DNA of 64,000 nucleotides from Lingula anatina (taxonomy: Eukaryota > Animalia > Brachiopoda). The DNA lies in assembly GCA_051362555.1 (NCBI GenBank), contig CM120646.1, positions 22,630,001-22,694,000 of the forward strand, given 5' to 3'. Within the stretch, counting starts at the first letter, position 1. Each line of letters opens with the position of its first letter. Of this stretch, positions 51,943-64,000 are shown piece by piece. The position numbers and the translations under genes are program-made. The notes below the pieces were generated by a model. That model saw nothing but the letters and a program-made list of their open reading frames with translations. It had not been told where the DNA came from and did not search any database.

Positions 51943-52647
51943 TGTTCCCAGTTCCTACTTGCCAACAAGTTAAGATGTGTTGTAGTAGCAGTGTTGTACT
52001 AGTATGTGTGGGTTGCTGTTTGGGTTACTGTGAACATTGACAAGCTTTGCGTAGGTTGGTTTCAGGAAGCTTTGTGGTCGTGCAGTGTAATGTTCTCATT
52101 CACTTGTCTCTTCCTGTGTGTGTGGAAATCTGATGGTCTAAATGGATCAGTTGCCATCACACTCTCCTAGTGCTGCATTAAACCAAACTAACAGCTTTGA
52201 AAGCTGGATTGGTTGTGAACATGTGGGAAAATAGACATCAATGATTTGTTTTTCTCTACTAATGGATACACCTATGTTTATATTACTTAATGATCAGAGT
52301 GATTTTTTTATTATAATTTTATTCTTCTTCTTCTTCTTCTTCTTATTATTATATAAATTGAATTTTATGCTTCTAATTTTACCTAAGTGGCAAGGTTTTG
52401 TCAGCTTATGACTACAAACTGTGAAAAAATGTCATTTGGATTTTTTTAAATGCCTGTTTTGGGTTTGATTAAAAAATTGAACTTTTTTATGTTTTTCCAA
52501 AATTTCATTTTATTTAGTTTCTCATTATTATTTTCATTATTTTAATTATTGATGCCAAAGTTTCATGTTTAGAAGTGACAGCCATTGGGCCTAATGCATC
52601 TTCAATGTGACAGTGATAGGCACATTACAACAGGTGGTCTAGTCTTG

Positions 52648-52862
52648 CACCCCATTTCCATAGATTAGATCGACCTACTTTAGATCGACCTAACTCCCTG
52701 GGTGTTCCCGCTAAATAGCTGTCAGCCGGGCGGACACGTAGGTTAATTAACCCCTTACAGCTTGTAGTAGGCGGGACGGACATTTAAGTCGGATTATCTG
52801 AAAGTAATCTAGTGAGACTCCCCGCGGGGATAGATCGATCTAAAATCTATGGGAATAGAACC
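52648..52862. mobile_element. 215-bp MITE family A, copy 2 (3-bp TSD TTG)
   Basis: Same length and ends as copy 1; TTG on both flanks. Confidence 0.85.
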
Positions 52863-53888
52863 TTGGTGCTAAATCGTTTTTTTAGGAAGATCTGGAATTC
52901 ATGAACTTTGGTCACTGCCATCAATATTTTTCCAATTCCAGCACTCTTTAACCCACTTTTTTCATTAAGCAGAACATGCACTTGCACTACCCACGATTCC
53001 CTGAGGTTTCATTAGCAGATGTGTGTGCGGAACAAGAACATGCTGCACACGACGGGGGAATGGGTTTGCATTACAGAGCATGGTATAAATAAGCCAGATA
53101 GGGTCTGAGGTGTATTGATTAAAGATAGAAGAATATGTTAATTGACCGCCCACTTACTCCCACACACAAACCATTTTACTTTGTTATGTCAATACATGAT
53201 TGGCTGAATATGTTCTGTTGGCTTTCAGGACCTAGTATTGCCATAGAAAGGCCAAATGGGAGGCCTCTGCTGACTTGATTCCTGCCAAGATGTTTTGTTG
53301 CATAAAGTGAAGTCTTGCTACCTTACTCCAAATCGATATCAACAGTTGCTGTCTCAAAACAGTGTACAACCTTCATGCTTCGTAGAATTAAAACCAGAAT
53401 ATTGTAGCCACAGTAGAAGGGGCTCAGTCATATCTGAAACATACCCAATGTAGGCTATAAACCTTCCCTCTTTTTCAAAATTTCTTCACAGCAGGGTGAT
53501 GAAGGGAGTGTCTTGAAATCACAGGCATTTCATTAGTGATTCCTGCTGACAAACATATTATTGAAAAATATTAACTTGAAGCTTTTTTTATGCTCCCCCC
53601 CCCCCCCTTCACCAAGAAAAAATAAAGAAAGAAAAAATGATAACAAATGTAACTGCAAAACACTGAGAAACTACCTTATCAGGATGAAAAAGATGTCCAT
53701 ATTATTAATACCCAAGCCTGTATTTTTGCTGAATATTTTCAGCCCAGTCCCTAGAAGCAAACTTGCCAAATACAGACTTTGGAGAGTTATAGCACTTTTC
53801 AGAAAAAAATACCCGGTTTTACTATGTTGACTAATTGCTGTACTCTGTACATATAGGACTTTTTAGCCAAACGTGTCTACAGGCCATA

Positions 53889-54057
53889 GACGGGCAGATG
53901 GAGGCTGTCTTCTGGGTCCTCCAAAAGGCAGTCAGAATTTTTCAAGTTTACATTGAAAGTCATCTAATTTTTCTGTCGGAAGATGGTCAAAAATGGAGGA
54001 TGGATCAACAAAGATAATTTGGAAGACTGTCAGAAAATATCTCGGGATCCACCCCTG
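53889..54057. mobile_element. About 168-bp MITE family B, copy 2
   Basis: Shares ttctgggtc.tcca.aaggcagtcaga, ttttcaagtttacattga and aaaatggaggatggatcaa.aaagataatttggaa with copy 1. Confidence 0.75.
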
Positions 54058-54428
54058 TTAGATTTAATCTTCTTCTAAGAATTTGCCAACTAAGGTTCAG
54101 TCAGGTTTGGACTGTAAGCTTGCATCTGTCATTGTTAGAAGTCACAACTGGACTCCCTGTTTTTTGTAGCAAAAATCATAGGTAAATGATGATTGTAACA
54201 TGAGATACAAAGGACTGTGGTTTACCTTTATATTAACAAAAGAACATCTGATATTGTGTGAAACATTGTTGGGGCAGTTTTGTTGAGGAAAATGTGGTGT
54301 AGAAAGATTGGCAACATTTTTTGCTTCCGTAGTATTTGGTTAGTTGCTGCCTGGCATTAAACTGACTAGTGCGTTGGCGTAGAGCAGCTGAAAATAACGT
54401 TTTCAGAAAGGTGGTAACATGTGGATAT

Positions 54429-54459
<31 letters not shown>

Positions 54460-55570
54460 CTAATTTTTCAGGCAAATTTTAGTTTTGAGGTTATTGGGTA
54501 AAGAAAAGTACAATGACAGTTTAGAGAGGGAGAGAAAGAGAGAGATGAATATGGAAGATCTGTTGTAAAAATAGTTGACAGAACTAAAAATGAAGATCTT
54601 CTGTCTAATGTCTTACTAACAATAGAGTAATGTTTGTACAATGAATTCATTCCAAATAATGTGTAGGAAACATGTATAGTTGACACTTTCCTTCACATTT
54701 TCTCCAACTGTTTATACCACTAATCAAAATTAGTGTGGTTGATTGGCAGTGTCGAGCCTTCAGGCAGAGGAGGGGAGGGGGGGCACACTGCACCCGTTAA
54801 GAATCTTGGTGACTGTTTTGTGTAATAACCAGACTATTTAGTTGTCAATCTCTCAGAATAATGCAAAATTAAAAAGTGTACTGCTTGATGTGGAAAAAGG
54901 CTAAGGATCCTTATCTACGCCAGATAGCCTTGGTTGTAAACAGCCCAAAGTGCTTATACTTGTGCAAAAGTTCATATTTACTGCAGACTCTTGCCTTGTT
55001 TGTTTCAGAGCCAGATTTGGTATTTCTCAGTCCTAAGGGTTTTGTTTACAAACAATCTCTCTCCCTCTCCATTGAATGTTATGCCTGCAGTATACAACTG
55101 AGGGCTTGTGTTGACTTATTAGGCAGGCCGACTACCCTATACAGCCAGCCTGAGGTGTGGATGCTTCATTCATACCTGTTCCACTGACGTCTAACTTACG
55201 TCAGACGCTGGTAAGAGCGTGGCCTTTACAGCGGCGAATAGAGCAGGTTGGAGAAAACAGAATGAGTTATTTCACGGTGGTGGATGACCTGGTATTTTGA
55301 TATTTCATTTTCTGCTGACAGTTATGACACCAGTGCTGTTCCTGTAGACTCCAGTACTTATTTATGTATATTATACCTAACATAGTTGTTGTCTTGTTTT
55401 TGTCTTATTTCCTGCAATTTTGATCTGTGCACAAGTCAGGAATAGACCTGTTCAGTAGAGGGTCAGTTTGGGTTTTTGTGAGGGATGCCCTTGTACCAGT
55501 GCAACAAGATTTTTATTCGCTCGTCTCACTTTTATTCTGATAATATGTTAATCCTCTGTGGTCTTGCTTT

Positions 55571-55620
<50 letters not shown>

Positions 55621-57686
55621 TAATTATTATTATTATTCCATCAAAATTGAATAAGATTCAAATATTTATTAATTAGCATGAAAGTGCTATTTTTTTAATC
55701 ATTTAAAAAGAACTAACGCAATCTTCTATTTTTCAATAGACCTTATTAGTAAATGCCCTATTTCTCAAATTCTGTAGGACCTTTGCAGACTTTATTAATA
55801 ATCAATTTCATTAAAATCTCATTTAGATGTTTAAAGATTATATTCCAACAACCAAAAGAAAAGTTTAGCTCTTTAACAGAAAATATCTGGCCTTGCTGCG
55901 TTTATTGATAAACATGGTCCATGAGCTGGAATAGCAATGTTTAGATATTTATATCAGCATATGTTTACTTTCCAGAAATATCACTGGCATAACTTCCTCA
56001 GAATTGTACAAAATAAAGCACTATGTTTACTGCAGATGCGTACTATGCTGCATCACAGACATTTAGATTTAGAGAGAAAAAACACTATGCCTCATAAACT
56101 GACTCGAAATGTGAATTTATCTTACCTGTAAATAATTATCTAGGTATACATGTAAATATCCATGGACTACTGTTACTTCCTGGTCTTCTAGCCTTCTCCA
56201 CCCACACAGTGGCTGTGATTTATCAGCACAAAGAAAGATTACCCAGCTGTTGATGTGAACTGTATTCTTATCCCGTTGATGTGTACACTGAATATAGAAG
56301 GCTAATAAAGCCAGTGTTAGTTCTGAGATCAGTGTCTGCATCATACTTCTATTGTCCTCAATTTAAGTGTGAATTACTGGTAATTCATAGTGATATAAAC
56401 CACTCATTGCAGGTTAGAAAATGCCTAGAATGGTATTATACCTTTTTAAATTGTTATTTGATTTGCAACAATAATATATCATATAATGCCAAGCTTTTGA
56501 TACAAGGGTTTTCATTCCATGATTATGTAAGAAAAAAATCCATAGAAATATGATATTGCCCAGAGATATATACACGAGTATCACTTTTTTTGTAGGAAAT
56601 TAGTAATAGGTGATATTGCCCAGAGATATCTCTTTGTAATCTCAACTGTACATGTGTACTTGTGCATTTGATATTGGTTCTCTCTCTACATGGCATGTTA
56701 TATGTGACCTTACAAATGACCTTAGTAATCTACAGGTTGGCTGTACTCTTAGTGGTCATAAGTCTGTCTGAGGAAGTGCTGACAAGTGCCAGTTTAGCCA
56801 AATGCTAAAACTGACTTTTAAATTGGGTAAAATAAAAAGGGCCTGATTTGACTTGTTTTAGTCAAATTATAACTATTTTGATAACAAATTGACAAAAAAA
56901 GTGGTGATTTGGTTTAGCCCCCCCCAAAAAAAAAAATTGCTAGCGCTTCCCCAGTCTGTGTAGAGAGCCTGTATCCTGGTTTGTTACTATGTGAATCTAC
57001 AGATTGTCTCTAAGAATGAAATGCTTAAAAAAAAAATAAACAATGATATTTTTTCCTTAAAAATGAATATTATATTATAAAAGATAAAAAACACTTGCTG
57101 GTGCATGTGGTTTAATTATTTAATCATAAGGCATGAAATGTTAAAGGAAAGTTATTATTCTTATTACTGCTACACATGACTGTGTTCAGTTTGAAGTTAT
57201 ATATGTAGGTCTTATAAGGGAAATGCACGGCTTCTGTTTGTGAGACAAGACATGAAACTGAATTGTATCTCCTGTCTTGTTAGGGATGTTTTTTCCAGGT
57301 GATATGATAATCGCTTTGATTAATGAAATCACTTCACCAGTTATAAAATGATTGGATCATTCTGCAAAAAGTGAACATTTGAGTCATATTGGTAAAGAAC
57401 ATGTTTTAGTAATATTTGTATATAACTTTGTTTTTATAACTATTATCTTTTTTTGATTGTCCTTTTTGATTTCTGTCAAAAATGGAGGGAACTGTGATAG
57501 TATGAATCATAAACAAAAAATAATGAGGCAATTCAAAATTGTGCAGGTATTACACAAAATGTCTGGGTCACTTTCTTAATGCAGATGTTCTCCTGTGAAA
57601 CGATCCAATCAACAGAAAGGGATGGGCAATATCAATTCCGCCTTTCTCCTTTCTTCACTCCCTTTTCCCTCTTTCCCCCCCCCCCT

Positions 57687-57688
<2 letters not shown>

Positions 57689-57738
<50 letters not shown>
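57689..57738. repeat. (CT)n microsatellite
   Basis: Direct observation. Confidence 0.95.
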
Positions 57739-57742
<4 letters not shown>

Positions 57743-60700
57743 AGACTTGCATATTTCAGACAACATTCACCTTAGTAATTATAGATTCATGTGTTCTAAT
57801 GATATGACTAGTCCACACCTCTGAGCAGGTGGATGAGAAAAAAGATGGCTCACCTTTAACCCTTCATCTATCACATCTCTGCCTTCTCTTGGCACATGTA
57901 AGAACACATGGCAGGTGTCTTGGGTACACGTGCTTGAAGAAGGGTTAAATTAAAGTTCAAAGTAAAAGCTAAGTGGGTATTGCAGCGGGAGGCGCTGTTG
58001 CTGCTCGCTCCCCAGTTAAAGTGTCAGAAGTGCTCTAGCTGTGGTCCGCAGACACTGAGATAAAGTATGTCGATGTCAAAGCTGAGATGTTAAGGCGAGT
58101 TATTTGCTGGCATGTTTTTGTTATGTTGTCAAGTGATGTAAATGTGTATGGAGGCTGATAAGAGGGGCGGGGTGATCCTCTCATGGTACCTGATTTATCT
58201 TGTATGTCAGTGACTATTGTTTTGCAAAGGAATGTAATATTTATTTTGGAGTTTTTTATAAGGATAGGTATTTCTCCATTTACACTTAAACCTGTATTGT
58301 ATAGAAGTATTTGCAAGTTCTATGACATATATATTTGTATTTTATAGTTTTTTTCTTTGTTCTTTTTAGCAGGTGGCTGTACTCAGTATGTGTTTTAGTT
58401 GGTAATTGAATATTGCAATTGGTGATGGAGAGCATTTTGATGTTCCTAGAAATCTGGTCTTTGTTGAAAGGTTCTTTATTGTATTTTCACTTGCATGTCT
58501 TTTGTTTTGGTTCCTTTCAGAAGATGGACTTCTTCTTTAGATTGCTTGACTGTTGATATAATTCTGTGCAATTCGAGACCACTAGGTTCCCAGAGGACTG
58601 GAAAAAAAGCTTGTATTCTTATAATTGCTTATTCAGGCGTTATCTTTTCATCAAAAGGATTGATCTCTCTGGTTGGAGAAGGGGCACTGAGTAAATTCCT
58701 GCAAGCTTTCAGCAGAGTGACTCTTCAGAGATTTCACAATGCAATTAGTCTGGTCGTCGCAGAAAATGCATGTCAGTTCTGGGGCTGATTGCATTAGGCT
58801 GTCGTTATCACAGTGAATGCTGCATTGGTGTTATATCTGGTAGAACAGACCGGGGCTATGTTCACACCTTGATCAAATTAGACCAAAAATAGGCCAAATG
58901 ACATTACAAGAGGACCAGATGGCATAGAGACCTCATGTGACGTTACGATGATGGTTTATAGTCCTAAGTTGGGCTTATTGTGAACATGGCTCTACTTGGG
59001 CATTGTAAAACAAATCCCTCTGAGGGAATGTTTGGTTACCAAGGTGAATATCATTCTTGATTATGTGTCAGTTTTACTGTGATGAATTGAAGACTCCTTA
59101 GCAATAGCTGTACTCATTTACTGACCACCACTCTTATGCTTTAAAAATATGTTTAAATATTTTGATGGCAACAAGAATGACATGGAGGATAGTATATTAT
59201 AGCAGTGATTGAGTAGACTTTTTCTGTCTGAGAAAACAAAAGAAGGGGGAAGAAGAGCAATAAGTATCTTAAATACCCCCACCCGAACAGTCACGATGGA
59301 CTCTATTTAGCAGAAGTATCTAAACCATCAGGCTTCCTGACCCAGCCTCTCTGTTTTCACAACCTGAGCACACTGTGCAGGAAGCACATCCAATCTATAA
59401 AGAAATCAATGATAATGTCTTGTCACTGCCCACCTACTCCGCTGAGCCACATTACCCGAACAGAGCATTTTAAACCTCATTCAGGAATTATCTTTGAGAT
59501 ACAGGGGACATGAGCAGATTGGCAGGCTTATATGTAGAGTTTGTAGTTGCTTGTTGTTGAAACAAAAAGCTTAGTTTATATTTATGTGACTTTGGCAGAA
59601 GATTTGGTAAGTGTTGTGTTTTTAAAATAGGGACTGCATTAGAAACAGTATTGTCAAACCTGTAAATTAAAAAATGCCTTTGTGTTATTTTTGATTTCAT
59701 GGCAGGTTAACAGAACATGTTACAAAAGAGTCAAATTAAAGTATACGATATATCAGACTAACCAGTGGGATTAAACCATACTTAATATTTTTCACTGTCA
59801 TGTAAATCAATGGGAATATAAATATGTTTGATTGTGCTTTGACTTCTCTGGGTTGAATATGATACAGTAGAAGGATTTGAATGGATCAATAGCATGGCAA
59901 GTGCTTCAGTTTTTTTTTTTTTTTTTCTTCAGTAAAATGGAATATGTCCTAGAGAGGGGAGCATGCTTTAGATAGACATTATACCAACCAATGTTAATGT
60001 TTTAAGCACTGGACAGAATTCTTTAGTTATCAGTTTATTACTGATTTTAGACATGACTCAGGTTGCAGGAAAAACTAGACTTGGTGTCCTTACAATTGTG
60101 AGGCTCTGGTGGCTGCATGAGGCTGCCCCCCACCCCACCACCCCCACCCCACCAAAAACGTAATCTGTGATTTAAGTTGTAGCAAGATTTGATTCACATA
60201 TAAGTATATAAAAGAATAAGAGGGTAATAACAAAGTATTGAATGCTTTATGATAGTGTTATCAACCATTTATCGTGTCCTGTTCATCAGGTTTTGCTATT
60301 ATTTCAGTTCTCCCAAAAAAGTTTCTGTTCAACACTGTTGATGTATTTGTGTTTATTTTCAGACAGTAGAAAAACCTTATCATTGCCTGCTAATAAGTTT
60401 AGGTGGGCAGTAACCAGTATCTGCTTTGGAGATCTTAAGGCATTTAACCCTCTCTCTTTCCAGGCAGAAGCTTAGAGATTTTGTCCCCCCAGGAGCCCCA
60501 GAACACTGTCACCACACCTGAACATGTTAGCATACTGATGGGCCAGACACTCTGTCACTGGTAAGTTATAGGGGCGGGAGGGGGGGGGGAATCTAGCAAA
60601 ACATGGTTATTTTGTATGATATTATTATAGTAAGGAGTTCTTTGATTAGCATTGTTTGTTTAAAATTATGATGTGATAACTATCTTTAGTTAGTAGACTA

Positions 60701-62534
60701 AATAGATTGGACCGTAATTTGTCATTAACAGCAAAGGTACCTTATTGGTGCCAGAGTTTTGGACACTTTCTTTATTTTGATGAACTTGTTGAAAATATCT
60801 AATGGTTGCGACAAGTTATTGACTTAATGGTTACATTTCTGATCTTTTAGCAAATTAACTGGCACCTTCCAAATGTCTAGGGAAATTTTTTGTTGATTTT
60901 AGGCGTGTTAAAAAAGGTGAAAAAAAGTGATTATTGATGTTCCTGCAGATCCATCTTAAAAATGAATTCTTTAAGGTTTGGACAATATCACTCAATTACC
61001 ACCTTGTTTTAATGGAGTGCATCTCACACCCAAGAAATCAAACAATCTTCCCAAGTTAGACAGGTGTTTTTTTGGGGAAAGCTCATAAGTGTGTAAGATT
61101 TGGAATGATTATTAGATGACATAATAGACGTACTAAATTTTTTTAAATATATATATCAAAATTTTGACTTTCAGAAAGGAAAAAAAAATATGAAAAAAAT
61201 GGCGATTTCAATTTTTGACTGATAAAGGCTGAATTTTACTTATTAAAAATATTGGGGAGCATGGTTAGTATTGATTGGCTTTTAATGCTGTTGACATGGG
61301 TAAAAAGTGTGCAAATATATATAAAAAAAACAAAGATCACAATTAGGAAGAAAAAAAAAAAGAAATCTTGCTTTGTCATTAGTGACAGTCCATTTTAAAA
61401 ATTATTGTTCTATATTTACTCTTTGTACTTGAAATGTATGGTTGTCAAGGGGGCTTTCCTACCTGAAGCATTCAAGTTTACAGCAGATTTGCATCAAACA
61501 CTGAAAACTCAATTGCCTGATAGACATAGACAAAAGAAACATGATTTACAACTTGAAAGCCTTTGACCAATTTGTTACATTGTCTCATTTGTGACAGGTT
61601 TCTTGGTGTGTGGGAAAAGTTGCCTGTTTCCCGTTTGTTCTCTCTGAGGCTGCATTAACACCAGCTTTAAAATGACAACTTTTTTTTTCAGGAAGCAGAC
61701 ACTCGATTGCAAATCCCTTGCCAAAGAATCCCACATAATCAGTGATGTACTGACCACTTCACAGATTACAGAGGGATTACATCCAAGGGAATTGCAATCA
61801 AGTTTTTACCTTTTACTTGAGATCAAAATTGAGACAGTAATTGTTGAACTGTTCTGAATATGTCCTAATACATAGTTCTTTAGAGTAAAAGACTGCACAG
61901 TTATTATAAATGGATGAAAAATGTGGTAACTTTTCAGTTTGACTTACTGAGCAAGTTTGTCTGATAAAATTGACATAGGTCTTAGTTTTAGTAATAGAGA
62001 ATAAGCTTACATTTGATTCTTTATTGATTGCAAGCATTTTCATAACATCCTGTCTGCCTTTAGTAATCTTTCATATTTTTCAGACTTTCAGAAAAGATGT
62101 ATCCACTACCATATTGCTATTGATTTTTACAAAAGTGGTTTAACTTCAGGAAACACCCTCCTCTGCCCCTCTATGCCCTCCCAAACCCCTCAAGAAGGAT
62201 AGGGGTGCACACAGGGGCCTATTTCAGAAAGGAACTTGAGACAAAAAATTTTAAACCAAAACTCACTTCAGAATAAATTTGCAATATGCCACTAAAATCT
62301 GGTGATTATTGGTCTGAACTTTAATATGCAGAAAATTGGTCTGCTTGAGTAAGTGAGAAGAAATGGGTAGCAGTTCATTTGGATGAAAAAAAAAATTGTC
62401 TGAAGTATCAGCTATGCATTTCTTGTTAAAAAAAGAAACACAGTATTTTATTCAGTTGGTATAACCGCTGATTTATCTTGGGTCAAAGTTGGCTAAAATG
62501 TTTGGTCTAAAAGTATAGACCAATTTAAAGGGGG

Positions 62535-62690
62535 GGGGGCATAGCAATAGTGCGAAAGTTCATTGGTCCAAATGTTCACTATAGAACCTTTGGACCAGTG
62601 AACCCTCGATTAAAAAACTGATGAAAATGTTACCATTTTTCGGACCAGTGAACCTGGACCAGTGAACCTTCGGACTATTGAGATGCCCCC
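62535..62690. mobile_element. MITE with 34-bp imperfect TIRs and subterminal ggaccagtgaacc repeats
   Basis: Left ggggcatagcaatagtgcgaaagttcattggtcc versus reverse complement of right ggggcatctcaatagtccgaaggttcactggtcc. Confidence 0.75.
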
Positions 62691-63120
62691 ATTCTGAGGC
62701 TTGAGTTCTATAGCAAAGCCAGCCCCAGGTGTTTAGTTTACTTCAGACAGGGTCTAATGGTCAGATGTGGGTGGAGGTTGTCAGGAAACTGTGATTCAGT
62801 GATCTGTAATCAGTGGTTGAGTGGGCAGTGAGTGATGGTATTACACGGATATTATTTCCCTCTACACCTTGTTATTGTATTGACATTATATAGACATTTG
62901 TCTTTCTTCTGTGAGTTAAATTGCAAGAACCTATACCTTACTTCCTTCTTTGCGTCTCATTGTTGATTGAACTGGGTTTATGTTCAGGGAGCAGGTCAGT
63001 GGTGATGAACACGATTTGTAGCAGCCATAAAGTGTTGTTGCCAAGGATTAAGGGATGTACAGGACAGTGGTGTATTTAGATCAAGTGTCTCACAGTAGCT
63101 ATTGATATACATATGTAAAC

Positions 63121-63375
63121 TGGGTTTCCATACCTAGATCGATCTAACAGGATCGATCCATCTTCCAAGGGGTTTCTTGTAAATTGCTTTCTGCTTAAGC
63201 GGCTTAGATGTCTGGTATGCCTACTGAAGCTGCAAAATGATAATTAATTACCCCCTATCAGTTTCAGTAGGCGTGACAGACATCTTAGCCACTTTAGTTG
63301 ATTGCAATTTAGTGAGAATTCCCTTGGAGATACATATATCCCCAGTTAGTATGATAGGGTCTGGGAATGGTCCCT
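63121..63375. mobile_element. Diverged fold-back relative of MITE family A
   Basis: The right arm resembles family A; the left arm is its imperfect reverse complement around a central taattaatta. Confidence 0.65.
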
Positions 63376-64000
63376 AATACACTAAAAGTTGTTAATATTC
63401 TTCCCTGCCTCAGATTTCTTTACCTTCATCAGATTTTTTTTTCGCAGTTTAGAACTCAAGCTCATTTCACCTGTATTATTGCAGTGACTGATAAAAACAC
63501 TTATTTCTTTTTTCTCCTTACACCACTTCAGTGTATGATATCTACCACTGTCCTGGTGGTGAAAGATGTCCTACCACCAACCTGTGCGTCTGTTGGCTGT
63601 TTGAAAGAAAAAGAGGGAACGCTGGGTAATTGCAATCAAAAAAATCCAGCAGTTATACATATTTGCTCTGGGGCAAGAATTCTTCTGGATGTGGTAACTC
63701 AGGAACAGCTAGGCCTTTCGTAGATTGAGCTTGTGGCACTGGGTGCAAAGTGTCTTCATCTTCTTAGGAATTTGTGGAGTTTATTTTTGCTATTCCAATA
63801 TAGTTCTGGTCCACCTGTATGTTTATTTCTTGGATTATGGTTTTGGTTCTAAGAAAACCTGGTGAACAGTGGTCTGTCTGAACCTAGCTGTTCTGTTGCA
63901 TATATAAATATATATTTGGCAAACTTCTCGAAAATGACCTGGTATTAAGATTTTTGCCAAGTGCAGCTTACACGTACAATAGCAATTTTCTGTGGTAGCT

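Noticed and set aside
63367-63723. 118-aa ORF near the window end
   Set aside because: No homology motif, an intron-like T-rich first half, and it begins inside a MITE end.

Overview
AT-rich, intron-containing animal genomic DNA. The repeat types suggest a lophotrochozoan such as a mollusc (inference). I assembled four genes by hand from GT-AG splice sites with phase checking. (1) GULP1/ced-6 PTB engulfment adaptor, + strand, about 9439-19851. (2) USP1 deubiquitinase, - strand, 24847-32817, about 1115 aa, with a greatly enlarged insert. (3) ORC4, + strand, 34209-40308, head-to-head with USP1 across a short shared promoter. (4) An unrecognised 4-exon gene nested antisense in the last ORC4 intron (37499-39011), encoding a 219-aa secreted signal peptide/coiled-coil/10-Cys protein ending CGPNYCCCRSK. 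A CpG-richer promoter-like region lies at about 41.7-42.4 kb and is followed by 22 kb in which I found no supportable coding exon. Other notable features are a 60-bp minisatellite built from a GULP exon end plus its 5' splice site (36 tandem donors), PIP-box and AT-hook motifs in USP1, several MITEs with TSDs, a composite Helentron-associated (HINE-like) element and an L2 LINE 3' fragment. All homology statements are from recall, not from database searches.
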